A stretch of 63,878 bases of DNA, counting the filler, from Octopus bimaculoides (Eukaryota), in assembly GCF_001194135.2 (NCBI RefSeq). It is 7 parts of 7 records of this genome, joined end to end, with 100 filler letters (N's around TTAATTAATTAA, not from the genome) between each part and the next. Parts side by side here need not be neighbours in the genome. Positions count along the whole stretch, not along the records: positions 1 to 21,162 come from NC_068993.1; positions 21,263 to 23,397 come from NC_068986.1; 5 more parts are not named here. The stretch is one strand, 5' to 3'. Of this stretch, positions 12,220-23,497 are shown piece by piece. The notes below the pieces were generated by a model. That model was not told the origin of the DNA. It saw only the letters and a program-made list of their open reading frames with translations, and did no database searches. A program made the translations under genes and the position numbers. Position 1 is the first letter of the stretch. Each line of letters opens with the position of its first letter.

Positions 12220-13134
12220 ATGTCGTTCTTTTTTCCCTTCTGCTGACTCTGCAGTGTTATTTAGTATGTGTTAGGGTGATTAAAATAGTTCTTTATTTTA
12301 AGTTCACATCACTTCTTTATCATAAGTTGAGTGCTTTATTACAATCTAGCATAACAGATGTTTATTCATTTTTTTTTCTTCTTTCGTATGTCAAGTACCA
12401 GAAAGTTAGAGGTAAGTTCCTGCTAAACTAGCAGAATGTGACTCACTTGGTGCTAATTCAAATCACTTTCGTTGGAAACAAACCATTGAGAGAACCTTAA
12501 TATGGTTGCCCGTCCTGCTGATAATAGTAGTTACATTTTGTGAAATCACATCACACCTACCGTCTTAAAGAAAAGGAACAACATATTGTGCAATGCACTA
12601 GAAATACAAAATAGAGAGAAAGTCATGGTTGGGACGGCTGCATACACAGATTTCCTTAAACGGAACTGACATGCGATTAAACAACGACAAACTTTACTTA
12701 ATTTCTCTTAGAAAGCATGAAATTCTCTGCGCCCGTTTACCCCATGTTCTGTATCTGGTCGAAAAGGAAACCGAATCTGATGGACCCTATATTTTTAGTG
12801 ATTCTCAACCATTTTCTGCCTATGGACCCCTTTGGTTCCTATTTTACTCTACTGGACCCTGATAGCCATTCGCTGTATATATATTAAAAAAATCTTATTG
12901 TACTTTTATAATTAAATATTATTGAGAATTGTACAGTTCTATATTTAAGAGATGAAGAATTATATACATTATTTATATTATTTACATTATTTACATTTGA
13001 CGGATATTTGTCCTCATCTTGTTTGTTGTTAACACAACGCTTCGGCTGATATACCCTCCAGCCTTTATCAGGCGTTTTGGGTAAATTTCGAACCTGGGTT
13101 CTCATTCCTAAGGTATTTTTCGATGTTGTTGAAG

Positions 13135-13218
<84 letters not shown>

Positions 13219-13219
<1 letters not shown>

Positions 13220-13378
13220 GGTTCAGTAGTTTTATTTTTATAACGTGCTTTCNNNNNNNNNNACTGTATTGAAAGTGTTTTGCGTAGAATGTGTGCAGTA
13301 CCCAGTAGTGCAATTTTCTGTATGTTATATATATTTGTAAGTCCTGGTGTTTTTGTTATGTATTTGTCTGAATATTTT
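13219..13378 (-). mobile_element. 5'-truncated 3' end of an R4/Dong-like LINE inserted in (TAA)n
   Basis: Minus strand encodes KYSDKYITKTPGLTNIYNIQKIALLGTAHILRKTLSIQ, a typical restriction-like-endonuclease ORF end; (TAA)n on both sides. Confidence 0.8.
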
Positions 13379-13386
13379 TTTAATTA

Positions 13387-13430
<44 letters not shown>

Positions 13431-13518
13431 TCACTGAATAATAATAATAATAATAACAACAACAACAACATCGAAAAATACCTTAGGAATGAGAAACCAG
13501 GTTCGAAATTTTCCCCAA

Positions 13519-13564
13519 GACACCTGATGAAGGCTGGAGGGTATATCAGCCGAAACGTTGTGTT
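13519..13564 (+). ncRNA. Minimal type I hammerhead ribozyme motif (Penelope-type)
   Basis: Stem I GACAC/GUGUU; core CUGAUGA plus one extra A; stem II GGCUG/CAGCC; GAA; palindromic ACGU helix III; GUU cleavage triplet after 13559. Confidence 0.7.
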
Positions 13565-15045
13565 AACAACAAACAAGATGAGGACAAATATCCGTCGAAT
13601 GTAAATAATGTAAATAATGTATATTGAGAATTGCTTTAAAAAAATAAAATGTTTTGAGTGTTGTAGAAGTATAACCAATTTATGGCACAGATTTGGACAG
13701 CAAAATCTTGTATGGACCCCAGGAGTCATATGAACCCCGGTTGAAAACCACTGCTAGAGATAGAGAACTATTATAGCAGTAACATTGCATTTTATACAAC
13801 AGATGTCCCTGGATTTTCATCCACGCTATTCTTCCAATTGCTAACTTAAACGCAAGACCAGAACTGTGTATAGTGGGGGAGATGAATACTGGGCATTTAT
13901 GATAGTTCATTTTACTTAACTAGGAAATATTAAATAGAAAGTTGACACAGGAGAGATTTGAACTCAGAACGTACAGAAACGAAACATTATTTCATACTTG
14001 AAACAAGTTTCGTAATGCTTTTACTGCAAGTAGCACAGCACCATTAGTTAGGTTAGTGGATAATCTTTACAAAGGTGGTGGTCGTTGCTGGTTAGGGTTA
14101 CCCAAAACCTTGAATAACTCGAAATGCGACATTTTAAATAACGGGACAGTGAGGATGGTGGTGGTGGTGGTGGCGGTGGTTGTGGTGGTGGTGGTGGCGG
14201 NNNNNNNNNNNNNNNNNNNNNNNNNNNNNNNNNNNNNNNNNNNNNNNNNNNNNNNNNNNNNNNNNNNNNNNNNNNNNNNNNNNNNNNNNNNNNNNNNNNN
14301 NNNNNNNNNNNNNNNNNNNNNNNNNNNNNNNNNNNNNNNNNNNNNNNNNNNNNNNNNNNNNNNNNNNNNNNNNNNNNNNNNNNNNNNNNNNNNNNNNNNN
14401 NNNNNNNNNNNNNNNNNNNNNNNNNNNNNNNGAGGGGAGGAGGAGGAGGAGAGAAGAAAGAGAGATGTGGTGAAAGAGAGAGAGAAAAAAGAGAAGAGTT
14501 AGTGGTAGTGATGGGGTGGGGGTGGGGCATTGTAAAAGACCTTATTACCATCATAATCACTCTCACTCCAGTTCTCCCTTCTCTGCTGCTGTTGTGTCCT
14601 CAATTTGTCATACGCCTGCACAAATAGAAATAAATTCACACTTTTAAGCCAGCCACGCACACGCAGTTATAATGACAAATAAACGCACACACACACACAC
14701 TCAAGACATGCACATAAATATACATGGATATGTGTTTTTATAATTGTATGCGTGTGTATGTATGCATTGCTTCTTTATGTTGGTGGGTGCAGGCATAACA
14801 GGATATTTAAGAACTATATTGCATAATCATTTGGTTCGCAGTTCGATCTCACAGAACAACGCTTTATGCAAGTGTCAGCTACTGCCGCTCGGCTCGACCC
14901 AATTGGATAGAGGGAAAATAACTCGGGGGCTCGGCGCATGGACTAGATCACACAATGTGATATACTGAGTATTCCTAAGGTTTAAATTAGAGGTACATCC
15001 ACCTGAGGTATACACAGCCAGTTACAGAATAACACAATCAATATT

Positions 15046-15693
15046 TCGTTTTTGTATTTGGTTTGCAAGATTCTTTATGTCAATTCGTGTGATGAAGCAT
15101 ATTTTGTTGTGTCTGGGGAGAGGCATTCTCTTTTAGTGCCCTATTATTTAATACAATCACCGGTTCGATTTCCACTCATTTACTTATTTATTTTTTCGAA
15201 AATTTTCGTTGCGTCTTGCAACCTTTTTAATAGTGGTTGACTCTGTCCGTTATCAGATCTGCGTTCTTTTTGTTTGTTTGTTTGTTTGTTTGTTTGTGCG
15301 CATGTATGTGCATCAGTGTGCATGTGTATACACATATGTATACACATATGTATGTATGTATGAATGCATGTCCGTGTATGCTTGTACGTGTCTGTGTGTG
15401 TATACATACATTTATATATATGCATACACACCGAAGCACATACATGCACGCACACATCTATCCATCCATCCATCCATTCATCCATCTGTGTATACACATG
15501 CACACTGACGCACACACATGCGCACAAACAAACAGAGAAAAAGAACGATAACGAACAGTGTCAACGACTATTGAAAAGGTTGCAAGACGCAACGGAGATT
15601 TTAGAAAAAATAAATAAATAAACGAGTGGAAATCGAACCGGTGATTGTATTGGATAATAAGGCACTAAAAGAGAATGACTCTTCCCAAACAAA
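15046..15693. mobile_element. Penelope pLTR-like inverted composite, family P2 copy 1
   Basis: Arms about 15046-15260 (-) and 15541-15693 (+) around microsatellites; 12-bp TSD ACAATCAATATT at 15034-15045 and 15694-15705. Confidence 0.75.
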
Positions 15694-16036
15694 ACAATCA
15701 ATATTGTTTCATGCTTAAAATCCATCATATATCAAAGAATATTCATGTGCCATGCATGTATCTGGGTGTATCTGTGAGCGTACGGATGTATGTGTATGTA
15801 CATGTATTTGTGTAAATGTTGTCGTCACATCTAAAATGCATTTCACTTCACTTCCCAAACAAAAAAAAAAACAAAAAACAAAAAGCACTTGTCACACCAA
15901 CACTCCGCACCAAACATACACCAACACAGAGAGCATTTCATAACCTTCCGGCCGGTGGCATGTAAAAAGCACCATCCAAATGTGGTTGTCATGCATAAAC
16001 AAATGCAGACATTGCCTACATTCATATATACGTGCA

Positions 16037-16069
<33 letters not shown>

Positions 16070-16089
16070 GATATATGCAGTGGGGCAGG

Positions 16090-16810
16090 TATCCCATCGA
16101 GTCTGCTCGCTGTTATCCGATGGGCCAAAAAGCACAACATCCCGCTGAGAATAAATTTGAATTAATCCACTTCGGTAAAAAGGCTGCATTTGAGTTACCA
16201 TACACTCTTCCCTCGGGCGAAAACCTCGTAGCATCTAACACCGCTAGGGACCTTAATGTAACTTTCGACAAAGCTGGAGTGCCCACACAAACAACTATGT
16301 CGACATGGCCCGCAGAGCACACGTTGGATCCTCAGGACTTTTCGGTCTAGAGACCATTGTCCTCTTCTTCACCTTGGCCCGTCCTCACCTTGAATACTGT
16401 TCTCCGCTGTTGTCTCCCTACACGGAAAAATATATATATATAAGAATTGAAGCACCCGCAAGGAAAAAACCTAATATTGGGCATAAATCTAATACACTCT
16501 TTGTTTTTACCTCTTCTTCGTGTTTATAATTTGTTTTTTGCTTGCTTGCTTTATGCTCTTGCTTGATGGGGCCGGGGTCATCTCAGGTTAGTTGTCCCAG
16601 AGATTTCATCATGTCTAGAGTCGACCAGGTCCACTAGTGTTCTCCATCGCTGACAGTCCCGTGCCAGTCCCTCTGCATTCTGCAAGATGACGTCGATCCT
16701 CTGGAGATCTTTTCCAATAACGTCCAGCCGTCAAGTGATGGACCTGCCACGGGACCTGTTCCAGTCCACAGCTGCTGCTTCGAATGAGAGTAAAGCCCTT
16801 GTAGGATGAT
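16090..16810 (+). mobile_element. Decayed CR1-clade LINE, 3' fragment
   Basis: Peptides LLAVIRWAKKHNIPL, KFELIHFGK..NLVASNTARDLNVTFD, LFFTLARPHLEYCSPLLSP and terminal TAAASNES in shifting frames. Confidence 0.8.
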
Positions 16811-16851
16811 CTAGTGGGAGACAGAAAACATATCCGTACCAGCGCATGTAC

Positions 16852-16896
<45 letters not shown>

Positions 16897-16921
16897 ACAC
16901 ACACACACACANNNNNNNNNN

Positions 16922-16965
<44 letters not shown>

Positions 16966-17490
16966 ATGCTGTGTGTCCAATCTCGCGCGTGTAGTCCGGA
17001 TGAGACAATACGTTGATTGTATGTATACGCTATGTATAATGCATGATATGAATTACTACATAAAATGTTTTGTTTTCAACCTGATAATGACATCTAAAAC
17101 ATACACATGTATATGTAGTAAATAAGTCATATTGTAAAAACTATATGAATAAATGTGTAGCACTTGATTTGGTTGACCGAATCGTGAAACTTGGTCTCGG
17201 TTATATACTTATTGTATTGATATCAAGTGTCTATCTGTCTGTACATCTACAGAGATAAACAAATGGGTACCTTAATTGCAGCAGATTTCCAGTGGTCGCT
17301 ATTCTGAAGTATTTTGATTCAAAGCATTTTCAATTAAAAACCAAATTTCGAATATTGGCTTTGGACAGGCGTTTCTTAATTAGAAAAATTTTAGTCTTTT
17401 TTCATCCTTAATAGCGAACTTTCATCGTATACCTTCCATTTTAAAATAATTATTAGGTAAACTATTTAGATAGTATATGCATGTATTTAA

Positions 17491-17722
17491 GGCATCGAGT
17501 TGGCAGAAACGTTAGCTCGCTGGGCGAACTGCTTAGCGGTATTTCGTCTGCCATTACGTTCTGAGTTCAAATTCCGCCGCGGTCGACTTTGCCTTTCATC
17601 CTTTCGGGTTCGATAAATTAAGTACCGGTTACATACTAGGATCGATATACTCGACTTAATACCTTTGTCTGTCCTTGTTTGTCCCGTCTATGTTTAGCCA
17701 CTTGTGGGCAATAAAGAAATAA
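17491..17722 (+). mobile_element. Near full-length SINE family B
   Basis: TGGCAGAAACGTTAGC head, GAGTTCAAATTCC B-box-like motif, TCATCCTTTCGGGTTCGATAAA core, AATAAAGAAATAA end; more than 20 relatives in the window. Confidence 0.9.
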
Positions 17723-17802
17723 TTATATGCATACATGCATTGTAACATATATAGTATACATACGCACACAACAAATATAAGTATTATCTGAATATATATA
17801 TA

Positions 17803-18112
17803 TCGTTTTTGTATTTGTTTTGCAAGATTCTTTATGTGAATTCGTGTGTTGAAGCATGATTTATTGTGTCATGGGAGAGTCATTCTTTTTTAGTGCCTTA
17901 TTACTTAGCCCACTCATCGGTTTGATTTCCACACATTTACTTATTCATGTTTTTTCCTAAAATATTTGTTGCGTCATGCAATCTTTTCAATAGTCGTTGC
18001 AAGACGCAACAAAAATTTTAGGAAAAATAAATAAGTAAATGAGTGGAAATTGAACCGGTGAGTGTGTTAAGTAATGAGGCACTGAAAGAGAAAGACTCTC
18101 CCCAGACACAAT
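17803..18112. mobile_element. Family P2 copy 2: spacer-less fold-back
   Basis: Arms meet at about 17995 (…TGCAATCTTTTCAATAGTC|GTTGCAAGACGCAAC…); homologous to 15046-15693; TSD not found. Confidence 0.75.
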
Positions 18113-18551
18113 AACACATACATACACACACAGTATATTTCTATCGGCATATATNNNNNNNNNNNNNNNNNNNNNNNNNNNNNNNNNNNNNNNNNNNNNN
18201 NNNNNNNNNNNNNNNNNNNNNNNNNNNNNNNNNNNNNNNNNNNNNNNNNNNNNNNNNNNNNNNNNNNNNNNNNNNNNNNNNNNNNNNNNNNNNNNNNNNN
18301 NNNNNNNNNNNNNNNNNNNNNNNNNNNNNNNNNNNNNNNNNNNNNNNNNNNNNNNNNNNNNNNNNNNNNNNNNNNNNNNNNNNNNNNNNNNNNNNNNNNN
18401 NNNNNNNNNNNNNNNNNNNNNNNNNNNNNNNNNNNNNNNNNNNNNNNNNNNNNNNNNNNNNNNNNNNNNNNNNNNNTATATATATATATATATATATAAT
18501 ACTCATACACACACAGAGACACACAAGCACATAGATATGTATATGTGTATG

Positions 18552-18588
<37 letters not shown>

Positions 18589-18664
18589 ATGTGTATATAT
18601 ATATATGTATGTATGTATCCATCTATCTGTCCGTATATATATATATATACACATACTTATATAT

Positions 18665-19175
18665 TCATATGGCGGTTGTCTACTCCTTATGCAAATTTTG
18701 ACCACCTCAAAATGATGTAGCTTTTTAAACCAGACAATGTTTTGAAAAGATAACCGCATAGATTGCATATCCAATTTGAACCAGCAACAGCTGCAGATAA
18801 GTTCTCATCTTTATGGATCTTAAAATTTCTTTTGAGGTCTCCGTCGGATTTGCAAACCTTCTGGCATACATCGCATTCAATGGTGTGCACAGACATATAG
18901 GCAGAATAGCTGGTGGAGGTTCGTTTTCCATGGGTTCGCAAATGAGATTTGAGCCCAGCAAAAGACAGGTATGGTCTGTCACAAACTGCACACAAAAAGG
19001 TCGTTGTGATTCACTTTCGCGATCGTAACATTCTTCTTTAAATCTCTTTTGAGTCTTGCATGCATTATCCTGGACTCTTCAAACGCTTTCACTCTACTCC
19101 GGGTATCTTTTCAAAACATTGTTCGCCATCCAGCTCGATCCGAAGCAAAGATTTCTATGTCTTCTGAATCCATTC
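18665..19175 (-). mobile_element. RTE-like LINE 3' end with three tandem C2H2 zinc fingers
   Basis: ASDRAGWRT..VKAFEESR..RLKRDLKK (RTE C-terminal motif), then CAVC-x12-HLRTH, CDVC-x12-N(AAT)xxxH and CNLC-x12-Y(TAC); one stop and one frameshift. Confidence 0.75.
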
Positions 19176-19513
19176 NNNNNNNNNNNNNNNNNNNNNNNNN
19201 NNNNNNNNNNNNNNNNNNNNNNNNNNNNNNNNNNNNNNNNNNNNNNNNNNNNNNNNNNNNNNNNNNNNNNNNNNNNNNNNNNNNNNNNNNNNNNNNNNNN
19301 GTATGTATGTATGTATGTATGTATGTATGTATGTATGTATATGAATATATAAACTTTTACAGTATAACTATATGCAGTTTTTTAAATCTGTCTGGTGTCT
19401 AGAAAGGTAAAAAATTATTATTTCAACGTTTTTTTTTTATGAGGAATAGAATATTTCATTATAAGCATATAGTTTATAATAATATTGTGGTACGACTATC
19501 ACTACCCCACATT

Positions 19514-19570
<57 letters not shown>

Positions 19571-20051
19571 AATAGAGTATTTCACACGCTATTATACTTC
19601 TCGACCGCTATCATAATGTCCAGTTAATTGCACATACGCATGTGCACACAGCATCAACCCACCTCATTTAGACATTCACTTACTTATTTCTTCCTTATTA
19701 TTACTATCACTATTACTGCTATTATTATTAATGTTGTTGTTGTTCCTGGTGGTGGTGGTGCTGCTGCTGCCTTGTGTGTCCTCTTTTATCTGTTTTTGTC
19801 AACAGTTCTCTTTCATACTGTCATGGCGGTACAATCTCCTCCACTCCCGCTTTAACTTACCCTCTCCTCCTCCTCTCTCACGCTCTCTCCTACTTCCTCT
19901 CCTTTTTCGCTCCCCGCGCCATTTTATCTTTCATATCCACTTGCCGTTTATATTATTCTTTACAATATATTTGCTATCTGTTCATCATCAGTTTTGCTCT
20001 CGACATTTTCTTTCTTTTTCGGTGGTGGTAGTGGTTTCCTTTTCTTTTCAC

Positions 20052-20112
<61 letters not shown>

Positions 20113-20757
20113 GTTGTTGTTGTTGTTGTTGTTGTTGCTATTTTATTCCCTATTTTCTCGGAGTTGTTTTGCGAGATTTCTGCGTTTTCTTAGAGTTGTC
20201 AGAGCTCATTTATACTGGAAGATAGGACGCAACGGGCGGTGAGCGGGGCAGGGGAGTAGATTGAAAAGAAAAAGAAAAAAACTCGGTTAACACGACAAGG
20301 ACCTAAGATGGCTAGAACTAACCAACCAGCCAGGAAACCAACCAGCCTACCGGCCCAACCATTCAACAGACACTTTTCGGTAAACAGTGAATAACCAACC
20401 GTCCATCTACCCCACTACATACCCTACCTACCTACCTACCTACCCCTTACACACCCGTTTCTCTAGCTTTTATCATCAATTCTTGTTTGAGATTTCTTTT
20501 CACTTTAGATATATTTCGTCTTGATTTTACTTTTGTTATATTTTTTGCTGTCTTATTTTATTAATTTTCTTTTGTGTGATTCGTAGAACACACACACGCG
20601 CTCACGCGCAAACGCACATACATTCACACGTCTACATATACGCACATACATATGCGTACACAGAGGCGCGCGCACAAAAATGTTATTAGCGTCTGATTTC
20701 GTCCCAGAAATCTGTAAGGTTTCATACAGTTCTGTTATATCTCTCTAGGAGTCCCTG

Positions 20758-20829
<72 letters not shown>

Positions 20830-21162
20830 TGTGTGTGTGTGTGTGTGTGCGCTTGCACGCGCGCGCGTGTCTATGCGTCTATGTGTGTGAGTATGTCTGT
20901 GAGTATGTCTGTACACATGAGTATGAGCGGACGTGTATATGAGCATGTGTATGTGAGTGTGTCTCAGCGTGCACATGTGTGCTTATACTGTAGAGATTCA
21001 CATATATAAGCAGACAAAATACACATGGCAGTCATATGTCTTTGCCAAACCCACACACAAACACACACATACACGTATATTCAAATATAGTATAGATATA
21101 GATATATATACACACATATGTTTATGTGTGTATACACATATGTAAATGCATTTATGTATATA

Positions 21163-21262
21163 NNNNNNNNNNNNNNNNNNNNNNNNNNNNNNNNNNNNNN
21201 NNNNNNTTAATTAATTAANNNNNNNNNNNNNNNNNNNNNNNNNNNNNNNNNNNNNNNNNNNN
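21163..21262. other. Artificial 100-nt scaffold spacer N44-TTAATTAATTAA-N44 (12-mer also at 23442, 52362, 55069, 59818 and 62005)
   Basis: Identical 12-mer with stops in all six frames, centred in 100-nt gaps. Confidence 0.9.
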
Positions 21263-21552
21263 GGCAAGTGTCTTCTACTATAGCCTCGGGCCGTCCAAAG
21301 CCTTGTGAGTGGATTTGGTAGACGGAAACTGAAAGAAGTCCTTCGTATATATATGTGTTTGTGTGTCTGTGTTTGACCCCCCAACGTCGCTTGACAACCG
21401 ATGCTGTTGTGTTTACGTCCCCGTAACTTAGCGGTTCGGTGAAAGAGACCGATAGAATAAGTACTAGGCTTACAAAGAACAAGTCCTGGGGTCGATTTGC
21501 TCGACTAAAGGCGGTGCTCCAGCATGGCTGCAGACTAATGACTGAAACAAGA
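21263..21552 (+). mobile_element. SINE family A (CORE-like), head lost in a gap
   Basis: GGCAAGTGTCTTCTACTATAGCCTCGGGCC...GATTTGGTAGACGGAAACTG...ATGACTGAAACAAG matches 36328-36752. Confidence 0.85.
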
Positions 21553-21744
21553 ATGCCACGTAGTGAGACTAAACCCAAAATCATGTTGTTGGGGAGGGGG
21601 AAGTTTCTTACCAGGCAGCCACACCTGCGGAAACCTTGAACATGTATTGTTGCCTTTGGCATTGAAGTCTCTCTCCGTAATGCGTTACAGTTCAGATTCC
21701 TATTTCAAACACAATTCTGTATCTTCCAATTTTTTTCTTCTCTC

Positions 21745-22135
21745 TTGCCTTTAACCCTCCAACGCGGAGTATAGGCCACTTATAATTGAATTCCAAGTCG
21801 CATAATTTTTCGCTTCTGTACTTATACTCTGCCCTGAATGTTCCCCTTTCTCTAGTTCCTTTTGTGTTGATCTACGTCACGAGTTCTTAGGCCTACCCCT
21901 CTTTCTATATCCATCCGGATTCCACTGTAAAGCACTTTTCACTACATTTGATGTGTCCTTTCTAATTGTGCTACTAATCCACTTCCAATTTTCTTAAATA
22001 TTTGCTCCCTAATCGAAACTTGATTCGTTCTTTGCCATAGGTCCATATTGCTTATGTGTTCGGGCCATCTGATTCTAAGTATGTTTTCCCATAATGACTT
22101 CATTAATTTAGGATATGAAGCCATTATGGGAAAAC
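21745..22135 (-). mobile_element. Decayed RTE-clade LINE, ORF C-terminus
   Basis: ILRIRWPEHISNMDLWQRTNQ..KWKWI..ALQWNPDGYRKRGRPKNS. Confidence 0.85.
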
Positions 22136-22419
22136 ATGGTATCTTCCAATGAGTGGTATAAATTCACAAGTTTTTGTGTATTTGGTTCGTTCTGTTAAGA
22201 AAATTATTTGATGGGACGTTATATTTTTTGGCGCTAATGCTAAGGTTTCGCTCCTTCCAGAACATACAAATATTTCGAATGTCCATTTTAGAAAACATAG
22301 ATAACAGTTAAAAGAGTAGATTGTCCGAAATTTTTTGTATCCGTTTTGATGTTAACGATGACCAAAAAATACAGATCAGATATTTAGGTGTGAGTCTCTC
22401 ATCATTAGCTGGTTGGGTC

Positions 22420-22588
22420 AGTGGAAATATTGATGATGATGATGATGATGATGATAATGACGAGGAGGAGGAGGAAAAGACGGCGACGATGATGACGATG
22501 GCGATAGTGACAATCGTGATGATGATGACGACGACGACGATGATGATGACGATGATAATTATGACAATGATGATGATGGTGGTGATAG

Positions 22589-22657
<69 letters not shown>

Positions 22658-22839
22658 CGTTGGCGATGATGCTAATAAAGACCACGATCACGACCACGAC
22701 GATGACGATGATGATGGAGACGACGTTGACGACGACGATGACAACGATGACGACGATGACAACGATGACGACGATGAAAACAACCATAACGACGGCTGAG
22801 GATGGTATTGAAAACAAGACGATAACGACGACGACGACA

Positions 22840-22871
<32 letters not shown>

Positions 22872-22920
22872 AACGATGTCGACGACCACGGCGATGATGA
22901 TGATGATGATGATGATGCCG
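22420..22920. repeat. Compound (GAT/GAC)n microsatellite
   Basis: Long imperfect trinucleotide run; source of the poly-M/T/I ORFs. Confidence 0.95.
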
Positions 22921-23238
22921 ATTGAAACCTTCTACAAAATTTCTCCCCTTTATTGAATATCCAGTAATTTCCAGTTAGTATTGATTCGGTATCATCTAAT
23001 TTGAACATCGTTTGCTTACAAAAAGACCTGCGTTTGTGTATTATGCAAATCAAATCATACACCGCCATATTATGTTACTATTCTACTATATTGCCAACAT
23101 TCATAGAACAGCGATTTAATTTCTATGATAAAGTCTAGTTTTATTAATATAGTAAAATGAGCAGTTTGCTTTTGTTATATTATATTACATACACACGCTC
23201 TTTTATGTTTCGATAATGATAATAATAATAATAGTAAC

Positions 23239-23299
<61 letters not shown>

Positions 23300-23318
23300 G
23301 TGGTGGTGGTGATGATGG

Positions 23319-23349
<31 letters not shown>

Positions 23350-23497
23350 AATAATAATAATAATAATAATAATGATAGTAATAATAATAATAATAATNNN
23401 NNNNNNNNNNNNNNNNNNNNNNNNNNNNNNNNNNNNNNNNNTTAATTAATTAANNNNNNNNNNNNNNNNNNNNNNNNNNNNNNNNNNNNNNNNNNNN

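Larger units (their letters stand above)
12932..13621. mobile_element. Penelope pLTR-like inverted composite, family P1 copy 1
   Basis: Minus arm 12932-13130 and plus arm about 13437-13621 are inverted copies; 12-bp TSD TATTGAGAATTG at 12920-12931 and 13622-13633. Confidence 0.85.
12796..13753. mobile_element. hAT (Charlie-like) MITE hosting nested insertions
   Basis: Ends TAGTGATTCTCAACC and GGTTGAAAACCACTG with subterminal ATGGACCCC repeats; matching TSD not found. Confidence 0.6.

Noticed and set aside
18687-18995. Host C2H2 zinc-finger gene
   Set aside because: No TGEKP linkers, directly preceded by an RTE C-terminal motif, and disrupted by substitutions and a frameshift.
21207-21218. 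Recurring TTAATTAATTAA islands between N runs (six copies) as a biological motif
   Set aside because: Always centred in 100-nt N44-12-N44 gaps and has stops in six frames: a scaffolding spacer. Order and orientation across these joins are uncertain.
22308-23068. Poly-Met/Thr/Ile/Ser ORFs
   Set aside because: Translations of a (GAT/GAC)n microsatellite.
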